Part shown: positions 17,650 through 27,944 of the stretch, one piece after another
How the letters are laid out: every line of letters starts with the position of its first letter
Position numbering within the stretch: the stretch's first letter is position 1
Virus record (IMG/VR): IMGVR_UViG_3300021963_000063
Span: 1-64,000 of that record
DNA length: 64,000 nucleotides
Reading direction: 5' to 3' (one strand)
Source of the DNA: a virus
The notes under the pieces: generated by a model
Database searches by the model: none
The model's input: only the letters and a program-made list of their open reading frames with translations
Told to the model about the DNA's origin: nothing
Position numbers and translations under genes: made by a program

Positions 17650-18374
17650 TAGTTATCTGCCTTAATTATATAGTTAACAAAGATTGTTGGTATTGAGTTA
17701 GATGGAGTACCTATAGTACTTGAAGAGCTTGCAACATGGGTATGAGTAGAAGCAGCCCCCTGTGTAATTCCAGAAGCTGCCCTAGTAATCGTGTGGGCAT
17801 GATTATCATTTGTTGCCCCAGAGGTTCCTGCTACACTGAGTGAGTGCGTATGTGTTCTTAAATGAACATTTGCTTGATTTCCAGTGACATAGTTAACAAA
17901 GGTTGAAGCAAGATAATCAATATTAGCAGAAATAGTATTTGGGTGAGTATGGTTTGTTGCAGAAGCTCCAGATCCTACTGTTCCAGATGCCGATTCATGT
18001 GCAGCCATTGCCACGCTACTTACTGTTGGTGTTCCATATGAGGCAGTATGAGTATGTGTATTGTTTCCAAAAACACTAGAAATAAGTCCTGATGTAGTTG
18101 TTCCAACAACATATCTAGTTGTTAAATTTGGCAATGTTGTAGTTCCTAGAACTGCTGCAAGTCTAGGATAAACTGTATTTAAAAAAGTATTTCCATTGCA
18201 TAATAGCCACCCTTCTGGTGCTGTTGATGTTATTACACCAGATGCAGAACTCTGAGTAACTGGACCTAAAAATGGTAATACCATTCCTATCTGAGCAAAT
18301 GAATTTAAAACTTCTCTGGTTTGTGAATCAATTCCAGAAAGTGTTACACCCTCTTTGATTGTTAAATTAGCCAT
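17649..18374 (-). CDS. tail collar domain + HxH-rich fibre tip protein
   Basis: PEGWLLCNG..YPRL...LPNL; HxH motifs; NYIIKA end. Confidence 0.85.
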   Translation of the reverse strand: MANLTIKEGVTLSGIDSQTREVLNSFAQIGMVLPFLGPVTQSSASGVITSTAPEGWLLCNGNTFLNTVYPRLAAVLGTTTLPNLTTRYVVGTTTSGLISSVFGNNTHTHTASYGTPTVSSVAMAAHESASGTVGSGASATNHTHPNTISANIDYLASTFVNYVTGNQANVHLRTHTHSLSVAGTSGATNDNHAHTITRAASGITQGAASTHTHVASSSSTIGTPSNSIPTIFVNYIIKADN

Positions 18375-18940
18375 TAGATCTCCAACAATGTTCTAGCTAA
18401 TGTTATTGTTGCATTTAATGGAGCATTAACAGATAGTCTGGGTGCTGAGGCACTACCTCCTGCTGCCACGGTAACAGATGGAGCAGTTCCTATTGTTAAA
18501 ATTCCATACTCTGTAATTTTTACAGCATTTGTTCCATCACAAATTAATAATACTTTTGATACATATCTTCCTGTTGCGGTTTTAACTGCAACTGCATATT
18601 CTGCTCCTACATTAACCGTTTCATCAATAGCAGTGTCAATATTTTGTGCAGAGCCAGTTCCAGTAGCATTAAATACTAATGTAGGAAGATCTGACCATGA
18701 TGCAGTAGAACCATCTGTAGTGAGGTATTTTCCAGAATTTCCTGATTGAGAAGGTAGGGCATCTAATGTTGCCCATTCAACTCCATTACCTTGAGAGTTT
18801 ATGGCAATTACTTGATTAGGATCACCGAGTTGACCGTCTAATAAAATTCCATCCAAGATATCTATATCATTAGTAGCCAGCAAAGACTCTACTGTCAAAG
18901 GTTCAGTAGTATAGATGTGGTTTAGTTTATTTAACCCCAT
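18374..18940 (-). CDS. virion structural/fibre protein
   Basis: LPSQSGNSGKYLTTDG fibre motif. Confidence 0.65.
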   Translation of the reverse strand: MGLNKLNHIYTTEPLTVESLLATNDIDILDGILLDGQLGDPNQVIAINSQGNGVEWATLDALPSQSGNSGKYLTTDGSTASWSDLPTLVFNATGTGSAQNIDTAIDETVNVGAEYAVAVKTATGRYVSKVLLICDGTNAVKITEYGILTIGTAPSVTVAAGGSASAPRLSVNAPLNATITLARTLLEI

Positions 18941-18953
18941 TTATTACGCCTCC

Positions 18954-21893
18954 TTAAGCTTGTGCTTCCGTCCATGATAGTCTGGCATTTACAGATGAAC
19001 TTGAAACATTACTACCGCTAAGGTTTCTAACAGTAACAGTAACAACATCTGGTCCATCTGGGAATACGTTAGTTTCTGATATTGGAGAAGTATTAACTAA
19101 TCCACCACCCATAATGCTGTTTCCAAGATCTCTAACTAGCTGCAAGTCTTGCTGTATAACAGAAGCTTCGTTTGTTACAGTACTTACAAAGAATGAGAAA
19201 ATTGGTTCTCCACCCGTAAATGTTGTACTTGCAGCATGGTAACAAATTTGAGACAAACTAGATCCACCAACATTTGTCCAATTATTATTTGTTACTGTAT
19301 TTACTCTACCATTAAGCATTAGCTCAACAAGATATACACCAGGGCTGTTTGTTGTTGATGCTGTTGATTGAGCAAGAATATCCATCTGTCTTAAAGTTAA
19401 CTGCATTCTATTAATAAGTTCTCTTTCTCCAAATAGACCAACAACTCCGTTATCTACGGATGGAGCAAGTCTTAAACTTAGCAAAGCATATCTATTTGCA
19501 GGTTGTCTTGGAACAGCTAATGTTGTTACCATACCACCCTGGAAAATGAATGACTTGTCATCATCATATCTACCATCCATAATGATAGAGGATCCCCAGT
19601 GACTAGTTCCTGTTGCATACTGTCTTGTGTATAGTTCAACCTTTACTGGTGCTGTAGCAGAATATGTAAATGACTGAGCAGTTCCATTTCCACCGCCAGT
19701 TGCACCTGACACAGGATTCACTACCACATTTGTAAGTGCTCTTGTAAGACCTGTAAATGTTGTAGCAGTTTTTCCTGTATAAGATACATACTCAATTTCT
19801 TGTGTTGTATTTCCAGCCTTTGTAACAACAAGTGTTCCAGAAGTTGGGAACCCTACAGTTGAGTCAACACTCATTGAGGTTGCAACATTAGAAAGAGTTG
19901 CAGAAAGTTTTGTAATTGCAGGATCAGAAGATGCTTCATAACGTGCAGGTAAGTTACCAGTTCTCATATATGCTTCGGTTTTAACATTTGCATGTGTCAT
20001 TCTATGACAATAAATTACTTCTCCACGCTCATCCTTAAATCCAAATCTAATTGCACCTGCACCATACCAGGCATAGTCAATATAGAACATTTGCATTTTA
20101 GAAAGATTTAAAGTTACTCCAGATGGACCATTGCCGTCCATTGTGTCAATATTCCAGTCCTCTTGATTTACCTTGTAATCCACTACCTTGCTAACAATTC
20201 CACCAGAGGTGATGCTTTGTCCACGGTACTCTGGGAATACATATAGCTCAGTGTTACTTGTAATTGACTGAACAACATATGTTGCTCCACGAATAACAAT
20301 CTTATCACCTGGATTAAGTTGTTCTGCAAATCTTGTGTCTGTTCCTGTAATAGTTGGAGATCCGTTTGTTGCAGAAACAATTCCTGAAATTTGATCTGTA
20401 CTTGAACGTCTTACAGCCCATAGATCTTGACCATCAAACTCAAAGAAGAAGCCATTCTGTTCATCAAACATACCAATTCTTGTTTGACCACCAAACCAAG
20501 CGGTTGGGGCAACTTCAATTGGGAATCCAGTTGCAGGTGTTGCAGATGGAACAGATCCTGCTGTATATGTAAATTCTTTAGAACTTGTAATTCCAGTTAC
20601 GGTGAATGTTCCATTGTATGCTGTCTGGTCTGCACCAGATACTGTTACCTGAGCTCCAATGCCTAGGAAGTGTTCGTATCTTGTTTTTACAGTTACTGTA
20701 GTTGAAGAAGATGTAATTAAATCTACTGCCATAACAGGCTTTAGCATAGATCCAGTAGAGAACTGGATACCTTTACCTGACTGATAACGGAAATATCTAC
20801 GAGTTTGACGAACAATCTTTGCACCAGGTGCTGAGGATCCAGTTGTAAACCTTACTCCACCATCAAATGGACGGTGAATTGAAAGCGTTCCTGGTCTTCC
20901 TGTAAGAGAGTTAGCTGCTGCAGTAATTGCACCGACTGGAGCAGTTACTACATCAAAAGTGAAAGTATTTGTTGTTGGAGTTGTTTTAACTTCCCATGCA
21001 CCATTTGGTGGATTAGAAGTTGCTGCAGTTGTTCCAGATACATAGATTAGATCTCCACAGCCTAATCCATGTGCATTTGTTGTTGTGCAGGTTACTGTAA
21101 TACCAGAGTTTGTAAATGCTGCACCTGAAGATACAGATACAGGAATAATAGAACCTGAATAGTTAAATGCTTTATAGGCAAAAGTTTTTGTAGTATCAAG
21201 GATTGATCCGTTTGTAACATTTGCTCTTGCAATATAGGTAAATGTATCGTTTGATACGGTTGTTGTTGTTACAGATGCTACTAAATACCATCCATCAGCA
21301 TTTACATCTAATGTATCTTGAATAAAGAACTTATCCCCAACAGCAAGTCCATGTGCAATATTAGTAACAACTGTTACTACTCTTGTTGATCCCGTTCCTG
21401 CAACGGATACAAAGTTTCTTGTTCCGCCTGAAGGCTGTGCAACTGGTGTTTGAATGTCATAATAGCAACTTGGCTTATTATTTGTTAGTGATAGAACTTC
21501 CCATTTTGTAGGCTGAGTTCCATACTCAAAGTCTGTGTCAATAAGAGATTGTGGTAAAGATACACGCATTTTGCCAACAGGGTCCATGAATGACTCATCT
21601 GGTTGGAAACTTTCTGCATATTCGTCTACAGTAATTTGAAGCTTATCTGTAGAGTCCATTGAAGATGTATTATAGTTAAGTACAACTGTAGTTGTAGCTA
21701 CGTTGTCAGAATCAATCTGTGCTGTATAGGATGTCGCTTTTAGGCTAGGGTCAGAGAAGTTATAGATAACTTGGTTATCTGTTACATTTGTAATAAGGAT
21801 CAAACGCTCCCTTGGAATGTGATCTGGAATTACTACTGTTCGTGTAGATGGGTCAAATGTATAACCTGTCTCAAATAAAATTTTTCTAGCCAT
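18954..21893 (-). CDS. large virion structural protein (baseplate/fibre associated)
   Basis: Thr/Gly-rich beta repeats (T..HGL..GD); lies within the structural operon. Confidence 0.7.
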   Translation of the reverse strand: MARKILFETGYTFDPSTRTVVIPDHIPRERLILITNVTDNQVIYNFSDPSLKATSYTAQIDSDNVATTTVVLNYNTSSMDSTDKLQITVDEYAESFQPDESFMDPVGKMRVSLPQSLIDTDFEYGTQPTKWEVLSLTNNKPSCYYDIQTPVAQPSGGTRNFVSVAGTGSTRVVTVVTNIAHGLAVGDKFFIQDTLDVNADGWYLVASVTTTTVSNDTFTYIARANVTNGSILDTTKTFAYKAFNYSGSIIPVSVSSGAAFTNSGITVTCTTTNAHGLGCGDLIYVSGTTAATSNPPNGAWEVKTTPTTNTFTFDVVTAPVGAITAAANSLTGRPGTLSIHRPFDGGVRFTTGSSAPGAKIVRQTRRYFRYQSGKGIQFSTGSMLKPVMAVDLITSSSTTVTVKTRYEHFLGIGAQVTVSGADQTAYNGTFTVTGITSSKEFTYTAGSVPSATPATGFPIEVAPTAWFGGQTRIGMFDEQNGFFFEFDGQDLWAVRRSSTDQISGIVSATNGSPTITGTDTRFAEQLNPGDKIVIRGATYVVQSITSNTELYVFPEYRGQSITSGGIVSKVVDYKVNQEDWNIDTMDGNGPSGVTLNLSKMQMFYIDYAWYGAGAIRFGFKDERGEVIYCHRMTHANVKTEAYMRTGNLPARYEASSDPAITKLSATLSNVATSMSVDSTVGFPTSGTLVVTKAGNTTQEIEYVSYTGKTATTFTGLTRALTNVVVNPVSGATGGGNGTAQSFTYSATAPVKVELYTRQYATGTSHWGSSIIMDGRYDDDKSFIFQGGMVTTLAVPRQPANRYALLSLRLAPSVDNGVVGLFGERELINRMQLTLRQMDILAQSTASTTNSPGVYLVELMLNGRVNTVTNNNWTNVGGSSLSQICYHAASTTFTGGEPIFSFFVSTVTNEASVIQQDLQLVRDLGNSIMGGGLVNTSPISETNVFPDGPDVVTVTVRNLSGSNVSSSSVNARLSWTEAQA

Positions 21894-21897
21894 GTTT

Positions 21898-24800
21898 TTA
21901 TGCTCCTAATAATATATCCACTGCTTTGAATGGATATCCTTTCTTTTTTGTATTGACGTTTGGACCTAGCATTACTCTAGCATCAAATGTTGATCCAGGT
22001 GGTGGAACTTCTGAATATGCAATGTATCCGTCTGAATCTACCATGAAACCTTCTCTTGGTAGCATAGATTGCCAGACATATTCTGGAAAGTCCACTGTTT
22101 GTATTATACCATTAATTGTTAGTAATAGTCTAAGAGGGTTATAAATATTTACCATTTGTCCTTCAAACTTTGGCATAAATCTACTATTAATTCCATCAAA
22201 TTCGTATCTCATATCATCTAGTGGAATAATGTCTGGTAGGTAGGGTAAACTAGCAAAAATTAAATCATCCACATATTCTTTACTTGCTGCATCTGCATCA
22301 TTAGTAGGAGATGGAACTGTAACATGACCAGTAAATACTGGATCATTAGTTCTTGCTATTTCAGTATCAATGAAGTCTTTATCAATTGGGGTTGCTGCCC
22401 AAGTTCCTGTTGTTACATATCCAAGAGTGCTAATATTTGATGGGACACCTGAGTATTGTGCAAGTAGAATATCATCCGTTCCAATCTTTATTGCTCCATT
22501 TGGACTAGTAGAAGTTCCTGCTTGTGATACTACATAAGAGTCATTGGCAGATATAGTTCCAGATGTGACAAAGATGTAGTCTCCTGGTTTAATTAATCCA
22601 TTTGTTGGACTATTTCCATTAAAGTCTGTTGCTCTTGTAAGAATATATGGACTATCTCCATCTCCAGGATCAGTTACAATGTATATACCATTGTGTCTTT
22701 CTTCTGTTTGATTCTTTAAAAGAACTCTTTGATTTATTTCTACTTCTGGACCATCTAATATCAAAGCTCCATTTATATTTGATGTAATATATGCACCAAC
22801 CCCAGTTCCACCAGATGAATCGGATGTTCCTGCGGTATAAGTACCTGCCACATTTGCTTGTGATACATAAACAACTTGAGTCTTTATGTTAATTCCTGCA
22901 GCAACAGTATCAACATAAGACTTTGTTGTTGCATGATTAGCACTTGTTGGATAAGGTACATTTACAATCCCACTAAATGTTGTTGTTGGATAAACGCTTA
23001 CTGTTCCAGTTGCTCCTGAAGTTGAGGATCCAATATTTATATTTGTAACAGAACCAGATGCACCACCAGTACCGATGTTTATAGTTTTAGTATTTCCAGT
23101 TGAAGTTGTATTACCAAACAGTGTTGCTGAAACAGCCCCAGTTGGAGTTCCTCCAACTACAAGTGTGGTTGCAGCACCTACAAGATTAACAGTAGTTGCA
23201 ACTGTATTAAATAAGTCTTGAGAAGTTGCTGTTCCTACAATTGCTGGAGCTCTTAATGTTAGTATAGCTGCAGCATCATTTGAACCAATAGTTAGTGCTG
23301 TTGCTGCACCTGCAAAGTTTACAGTAGTTGCGGTTGAATTTATTAAATTAAATGTAGATGTTCCTGAAATTATTGATGTATTTATAGTTGGGGAGTTTGC
23401 CGTAATATATGTATTTGTATCAATAGTCCAAGTATCCTGAGATACTCTTTTTAATAAACCAACTCCACTTGATATAGCTGCAATTGCACTTAGATCTCCA
23501 TCTAGCGTTTGATATCCAGACAAAGATGCTGATGTTGCATATGTAGAAGCAGCAGTAGATGTTGTTAAGTATCCTGAAATATCTGCACCTGCAGGAATTG
23601 TTACAGTACCAGTGAATGTTGGTGAGGCTAGGGGTGCATATGTTGAGTTGTCATACGACCAAGTTCCTGCAGTATTTTTTAAGAATCCAGTTCCTGATCC
23701 AAGAGTGTTTATTCCTGCCAGTGTTGCACTATATGCTTGAACACTTGATCCAATGTCTTCTGTTATTACCAGTGTCTTGGAAGATGGTATGGTTGTTCCG
23801 TTAATAGATGTTGCTGTTGCTACTCCAATCGTTGGAGTAACAAAAACTGGAGAGTCTGGAATTCCAATTGTAACACTACCAGTTGAGGCACTTACAACAA
23901 TTTCATTTGCTGTTCCAGTTAAACCAGTTACACCAGAGTTAGAGATAGCTCCTGTACTATCATTGTAAGATAGTCCAGTTCCAAGATTGTTTCCAACTGC
24001 ATCTTGTGCTCTTTCATCAGTAAAATAAAGATTTGTTCCTTCAGATAAGTTTGTTGTACTGTATGAGGACATTCCCAAGAACGCAGTAGCTTGAACTGAT
24101 TCATCTGGAAAAATTAAGTTTCCACTATTATTAAATGACCAAATCTTTGGAACGCCTACGCCATTGGTTGTAATGCTAAATCCTGTATCTTCGGATATTC
24201 CTGCATTATTATTTGCTGTATTTAGTGCAACTACTTCGTCATTTGATATAACAAGGTTTAGTCCTGTTGAAAGAATTTCACTTGCTACAGTAAGATCTCC
24301 ACTAAGTATTAAATTACCAGTTTTTGTTTGCTCTGTTGCAGATGTGTCAATAAGACCTGCCTCAATAGATGTTTGATTAATCCATAAACCAGAAGCTGTA
24401 TCGTAAGCAAGGACTTCATTATCTGTTAAGGCTCCATCGTTTTCAATAGCAACGCCATGTAGCTCATTTAGCTCATAACCGTTTTGAATGTTAACAAAAA
24501 TTTCACCAGATGATATGTGAGCCTTTACTACATAACCAATAAAAACTGAGTGTGCTGGTTCTGCTGGAATAGTTGTAGTATAACCACCTGCAGTAGAAGA
24601 TAGCCAAAGAGGGGCACCTTCAGTAAGACCGTCTGTATTTACTCCACGAAGAACACCAAATGTTGTAACAAATCCTTCTGCTTCATCTGCAATTGTTTCT
24701 GCTGTAAGTCCAAAAGTTTTTGATGAAGTTGCTTCTGTGTCTGCATCAGAAAGCGTAATGGTTGGTCTTTGTCCTTGAGCACCATTAATATAAACAACTT

Positions 24801-25326
24801 TACCTTTAGCAATAGAGGCTCCAGTTGCATTTTTTACAAGAGCAACCTGTTCTTGTCCTAGTCCGATACTTACATTTGGACTAAGAATTGTTGCTGGAAC
24901 ACCATCTCCAGAGTCCCAATAAATACTTCCCGTAGCGGTTGGAATAGTTTCTGGGGTGGTATCAAAAGTAATATAATCTGGATATGTAATAGAATCAACA
25001 GATGTATATGCTCCAGTGGAGTTAATTGTAATAGAATCAGTTGTGGCATCTGTTGTAATAGATACGTTTGTACCTGCAACTAGGTTTAAGGTATCTGTGG
25101 ATGAGTCTGCTACAACACTAGATTGACCAGTAACTGCAATAGTTTTAAAGGAGTCTGATGCTACTCCACCACCGCCAGATGGGGCTACATCATACCATGA
25201 TCCATCATAATATACTCTAAGCTTATTGTCTGCGGAGTTCCAATAGATGTCACCCTCTATACCTCCTGAAGGGTCAGAAGTTAGATTAACTAAATTAATT
25301 GGTACCTTAAATTGCTTAGAAGCCAT
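21898..25326 (-). CDS. tail fibre protein
   Basis: LSEGTNLYFTDERAQDA, AATKxYVD and RVLLKNQ...NGIY...RATD fibre motifs. Confidence 0.8.
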   Translation of the reverse strand: MASKQFKVPINLVNLTSDPSGGIEGDIYWNSADNKLRVYYDGSWYDVAPSGGGGVASDSFKTIAVTGQSSVVADSSTDTLNLVAGTNVSITTDATTDSITINSTGAYTSVDSITYPDYITFDTTPETIPTATGSIYWDSGDGVPATILSPNVSIGLGQEQVALVKNATGASIAKGKVVYINGAQGQRPTITLSDADTEATSSKTFGLTAETIADEAEGFVTTFGVLRGVNTDGLTEGAPLWLSSTAGGYTTTIPAEPAHSVFIGYVVKAHISSGEIFVNIQNGYELNELHGVAIENDGALTDNEVLAYDTASGLWINQTSIEAGLIDTSATEQTKTGNLILSGDLTVASEILSTGLNLVISNDEVVALNTANNNAGISEDTGFSITTNGVGVPKIWSFNNSGNLIFPDESVQATAFLGMSSYSTTNLSEGTNLYFTDERAQDAVGNNLGTGLSYNDSTGAISNSGVTGLTGTANEIVVSASTGSVTIGIPDSPVFVTPTIGVATATSINGTTIPSSKTLVITEDIGSSVQAYSATLAGINTLGSGTGFLKNTAGTWSYDNSTYAPLASPTFTGTVTIPAGADISGYLTTSTAASTYATSASLSGYQTLDGDLSAIAAISSGVGLLKRVSQDTWTIDTNTYITANSPTINTSIISGTSTFNLINSTATTVNFAGAATALTIGSNDAAAILTLRAPAIVGTATSQDLFNTVATTVNLVGAATTLVVGGTPTGAVSATLFGNTTSTGNTKTINIGTGGASGSVTNINIGSSTSGATGTVSVYPTTTFSGIVNVPYPTSANHATTKSYVDTVAAGINIKTQVVYVSQANVAGTYTAGTSDSSGGTGVGAYITSNINGALILDGPEVEINQRVLLKNQTEERHNGIYIVTDPGDGDSPYILTRATDFNGNSPTNGLIKPGDYIFVTSGTISANDSYVVSQAGTSTSPNGAIKIGTDDILLAQYSGVPSNISTLGYVTTGTWAATPIDKDFIDTEIARTNDPVFTGHVTVPSPTNDADAASKEYVDDLIFASLPYLPDIIPLDDMRYEFDGINSRFMPKFEGQMVNIYNPLRLLLTINGIIQTVDFPEYVWQSMLPREGFMVDSDGYIAYSEVPPPGSTFDARVMLGPNVNTKKKGYPFKAVDILLGA

Positions 25327-25343
25327 AATACCTATTTTACCAT

Positions 25344-25616
25344 TTAATCGTCATAGATGATATACGAAATAGGGCTATTTACTTGATCATCAAGACTTTT
25401 TTGAACTCTAATTTTATGTTTTGCAGCACCTTCTGCTTGTTCTTTAGATGCAAAATTAACACCTTTAAGACCGCATTGTACTTTTACCCATTCATTGATA
25501 CCAATTCTACGTTGTACGGATGCTCTATATGATTGTTTTTGTGGTAAGTATGTAATAACTGCACGATACTGATATTCTTCTACTAACATGTTGTCTTGCT
25601 TTTTATTTCTAAACAT
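25344..25616 (-). CDS. hypothetical protein
   Basis: ORF with a GAGG SD. Confidence 0.65.
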   Translation of the reverse strand: MFRNKKQDNMLVEEYQYRAVITYLPQKQSYRASVQRRIGINEWVKVQCGLKGVNFASKEQAEGAAKHKIRVQKSLDDQVNSPISYIIYDD

Positions 25617-25625
25617 TAAATTCCT

Positions 25626-25892
25626 CTACTTTTTAAATGCTTTGCTAAATGCTGATCCTACCCAGGGGCTGGGCTTTAATACTTGTTCTTGATATTCTTT
25701 AATAATTGCCTCTTCTGCTGCTGCAATTTCAGATGCTTTCTTTTTATTTGCTGTTGCTGCATATAAAGCTCGTTGCTGACGAACAGCCATACGTCTTGTT
25801 TTCATACAACCGTGTGATTTTCCATCTGCACTAACTACTGAATACCCAGAGCATCCTCTGTAATTTCTACGAACATTATACGGGGCTGGCAT
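25626..25892 (-). CDS. small basic hypothetical protein
   Basis: ORF with an AGGAG SD. Confidence 0.65.
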   Translation of the reverse strand: MPAPYNVRRNYRGCSGYSVVSADGKSHGCMKTRRMAVRQQRALYAATANKKKASEIAAAEEAIIKEYQEQVLKPSPWVGSAFSKAFKK

Positions 25893-25900
25893 AATTTCTC

Positions 25901-26188
25901 CTAATCAAAAAGAACTTTTTTAAGTGCTGGTTTTGGCTTTGCACCTACAATTGATTTTGTTCTTACACCATCATTATACACCATAATTGCTGGAATTCCA
26001 GAAATACTAAACTCTTTTGCTAGTTCTGGGTTTGCATCAACGTCAATCTTAATTAGCTTTGATCCAGTCTCTTCTGCAATTTCATCTAGGACAGGGGAAA
26101 CCATCTTACATGGTCCACACCATTCAGCCCAGAAGTCTACGATAGTAGTTCCTTCTTTAACTAGCTCATTAAACTCTTCGATATTCAT
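25901..26188 (-). CDS. trxA: thioredoxin
   Basis: DFWAEWCGPCK active site. Confidence 0.95.
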   Translation of the reverse strand: MNIEEFNELVKEGTTIVDFWAEWCGPCKMVSPVLDEIAEETGSKLIKIDVDANPELAKEFSISGIPAIMVYNDGVRTKSIVGAKPKPALKKVLFD

Positions 26189-26210
26189 ACTTTCTCCTAT
26201 TTAAATAGAC

Positions 26211-26308
26211 GGTGACAGGAAGACCTTATTTACCTACACTGGCAAACGTGTCTCTCTGGACTCGTAACTGTAACTATCAACCATCACTAAGGACGACTTC
26301 CTGCCACC
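26211..26308 (-). ncRNA. unknown ~98-nt structured RNA
   Basis: 12-bp closing stem GGUGGCAGGAAG/CUUCCUGUCACC plus CCUUA/UAAGG; starts 3 nt after tRNA-Thr. Confidence 0.55.
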
Positions 26309-26311
26309 TAG

Positions 26312-26383
26312 AGCCCCTTATCCGATTTGAACGGATGACCTACGCTTTACAAGAGCGTTGCTCTACCACTGAGCTAAAGAGGC
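26312..26383 (-). tRNA. tRNA-Thr(UGU)
   Basis: Cloverleaf; anticodon arm ACGCT-CTTGTAA-AGCGT; TATAAT 9 nt upstream. Confidence 0.92.
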
Positions 26384-26393
26384 GAATATTTAA

Positions 26394-26639
26394 TTATACT
26401 ACTGCAATGTCTACAATATTATTGACACGAAGCCAATTAAAAGTAGCCATCAGATGTTCACGGGTTTCACATACATGGCATCCACAATACATTTCTACAT
26501 CAGAAAGGTAATCAGGAAGGTCTTCACCATCATGATCAATTACTTCATAGCAAAGCATCATATGGTCATCAACAGCATTTTGTAGTGCCTCTGCCTGAGC
26601 TTCTGTTAAATTAATCTCAATCATATTAGTACTTTTCAT
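26394..26639 (-). CDS. hypothetical protein
   Basis: ORF with a YCGCHVC motif. Confidence 0.65.
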   Translation of the reverse strand: MKSTNMIEINLTEAQAEALQNAVDDHMMLCYEVIDHDGEDLPDYLSDVEMYCGCHVCETREHLMATFNWLRVNNIVDIAVV

Positions 26640-26799
26640 GTTTTAGTTGATGGGCATTATCAATATATTTGTGAATCTTTCTTAGTGCTCTTGCCTTAGA
26701 AAAAGTTAAGACTAATATAGCAAAAACAGCATTCCAAAAGAATTCTGATAATACATGCTCTAGTCCAAACATTACTTCCATTAAGTGTTCTGTATGCAT
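26626..26799 (-). CDS. small membrane protein
   Basis: MHTEHLMEVMFGLEHVISEFFWNAVFAILVL..., AAGGAG SD, TTGACA promoter upstream. Not in the ORF track. Confidence 0.6.
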   Translation of the reverse strand: MHTEHLMEVMFGLEHVLSEFFWNAVFAILVLTFSKARALRKIHKYIDNAHQLKHEKY

Positions 26800-26859
26800 T
26801 TTACTCCTTAATTGTAGTTACAAATATATAATATCATATTGATATAAAGTTGTCAATAG

Positions 26860-26933
26860 TAGGGTGAGTCAGACTTGAACTGACGATTACCGAATTATGA
26901 GTTCGGGGCTTTAACCAACTAAGCTACCACCCC
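26860..26933 (-). tRNA. tRNA-Met/Ile2(CAU)
   Basis: Cloverleaf; CCGAA-CTCATAA-TTCGG. Not initiator-like. Confidence 0.88.
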
Positions 26934-26939
26934 ATATGG

Positions 26940-26969
26940 TGAGCAGTTTAATGTCTTTGCTCAGGACAC
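26940..26969 (-). other. H-type RNA pseudoknot, copy 1
   Basis: GUGUC C UGAGCA AA GACAU UAAAC UGCUCA. Confidence 0.75.
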
Positions 26970-26972
26970 AGG

Positions 26973-27476
26973 CTAATACCAGCCCTTTTTATTAGAATGC
27001 CCTAAAGCATTACATGGTGTTTTATATCTCCCCTTTATATATTTCAAACCCCACTTAATTTGTGTTTCAGGGTTTGTTCTCCAGTCAGCCCCCATTGATG
27101 CCATCTTTTTGCCTGGCAAGGACTGAGGTATTCCATGTGCTCCAGAGCTCTTATTATGTGCGTTTGAACGCCAACCGCTTTCACGGTTCCAGAGCTTAAC
27201 TAAACAGGAATGTTCTTTTGATCCCCAACGATATTTATCTTGCATATAATAAGCAGCAAACTGTTTGTTATATGCTGGGGTTCCGAAGGCAAATCTTTTT
27301 GCAGATCTTGATGCTGCATTTTGCCTTGTTTCATCTACGTCAGTTGTTCTTACAACTAACTTTACTTTCTGCGGTGCCTCATTAGCACTGGTTTGACTCT
27401 GGGTTACTGGTAGGGATACAACAAATGTTGCAAGAACCGCAATAACGGGAATCAAAACCAAGGTTTTGAATCGCAT
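26973..27476 (-). CDS. secreted lytic transglycosylase (SLT-like), leaderless
   Basis: N-terminal TM/signal; RESGW, AHGIPQSL, WRTNPETQIKWGLKYI; TTGACA-N18-TAGACT-N6-ATG. Confidence 0.88.
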   Translation of the reverse strand: MRFKTLVLIPVIAVLATFVVSLPVTQSQTSANEAPQKVKLVVRTTDVDETRQNAASRSAKRFAFGTPAYNKQFAAYYMQDKYRWGSKEHSCLVKLWNRESGWRSNAHNKSSGAHGIPQSLPGKKMASMGADWRTNPETQIKWGLKYIKGRYKTPCNALGHSNKKGWY

Positions 27477-27516
27477 TATTCTAGTCTAACATGTTTAGTA
27501 TTGACTTGTCAAACTA

Positions 27517-27645
27517 TTATTTATTCTTTGCGTATCCAGTTTTCTTTTTATTCATTGATCCAGGTGTATTATATCCACCTCGATTAGGAACATTTCTAAT
27601 TCTAATTTCTAAAGCTCTTGCAACTTTATCGTGATGCTTACCCAA
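27517..27645 (-). CDS. small basic protein
   Basis: TTG start, MGKHHDKVARALEIR...PGSMNKKKTG. Not in the ORF track. Confidence 0.55.
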   Translation of the reverse strand: MGKHHDKVARALEIRIRNVPNRGGYNTPGSMNKKKTGYAKNK

Positions 27646-27778
27646 TTTGTTTTACTTCCTTCCACATATCTTTTGTATTTTCAATTAATAACATTGCTTC
27701 TATCATTGTCATTTGTAATAATTCTTCTTTATCTAAACCCAAGTGTTCTGCATATCTTAGAATTTTTTGTATCATCAT
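27638..27778 (-). CDS. small hypothetical protein
   Basis: MMIQKILRYAEHLGL...MWKEVKQIG, 46 aa. Confidence 0.5.
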   Translation of the reverse strand: MMIQKILRYAEHLGLDKEELLQMTMIEAMLLIENTKDMWKEVKQIG

Positions 27779-27944
27779 TTTAATTCCGTTTTAATAAATT
27801 CAATAGCATGATCAATTGATCCACCATTTTCTTTAATCCATTCTAATTTATTCAAAATAGTTCTTAAAGTATTTACTCTTACAAAAGCATTTACATTTTG
27901 TAGTTCACGCATTTGATCTCTGTAATAGTATTCATTGTCTGACA

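Noticed and set aside
16144-25326. Diversity-generating retroelement or invertible tail-fibre switch
   Set aside because: There is no reverse transcriptase, recombinase, TR/VR pair or inverted crossover site in the window.
26211-26308. Hammerhead or HDV-like ribozyme call for the 98-nt RNA
   Set aside because: GUGAUGG/GUAAA only loosely resemble CUGANGA/GAAA, and I could not build the nested pseudoknot by eye.
26212-26511. + strand 99-aa ORF
   Set aside because: It is antisense to tRNA-Thr and the structured RNA, so it is a shadow ORF.
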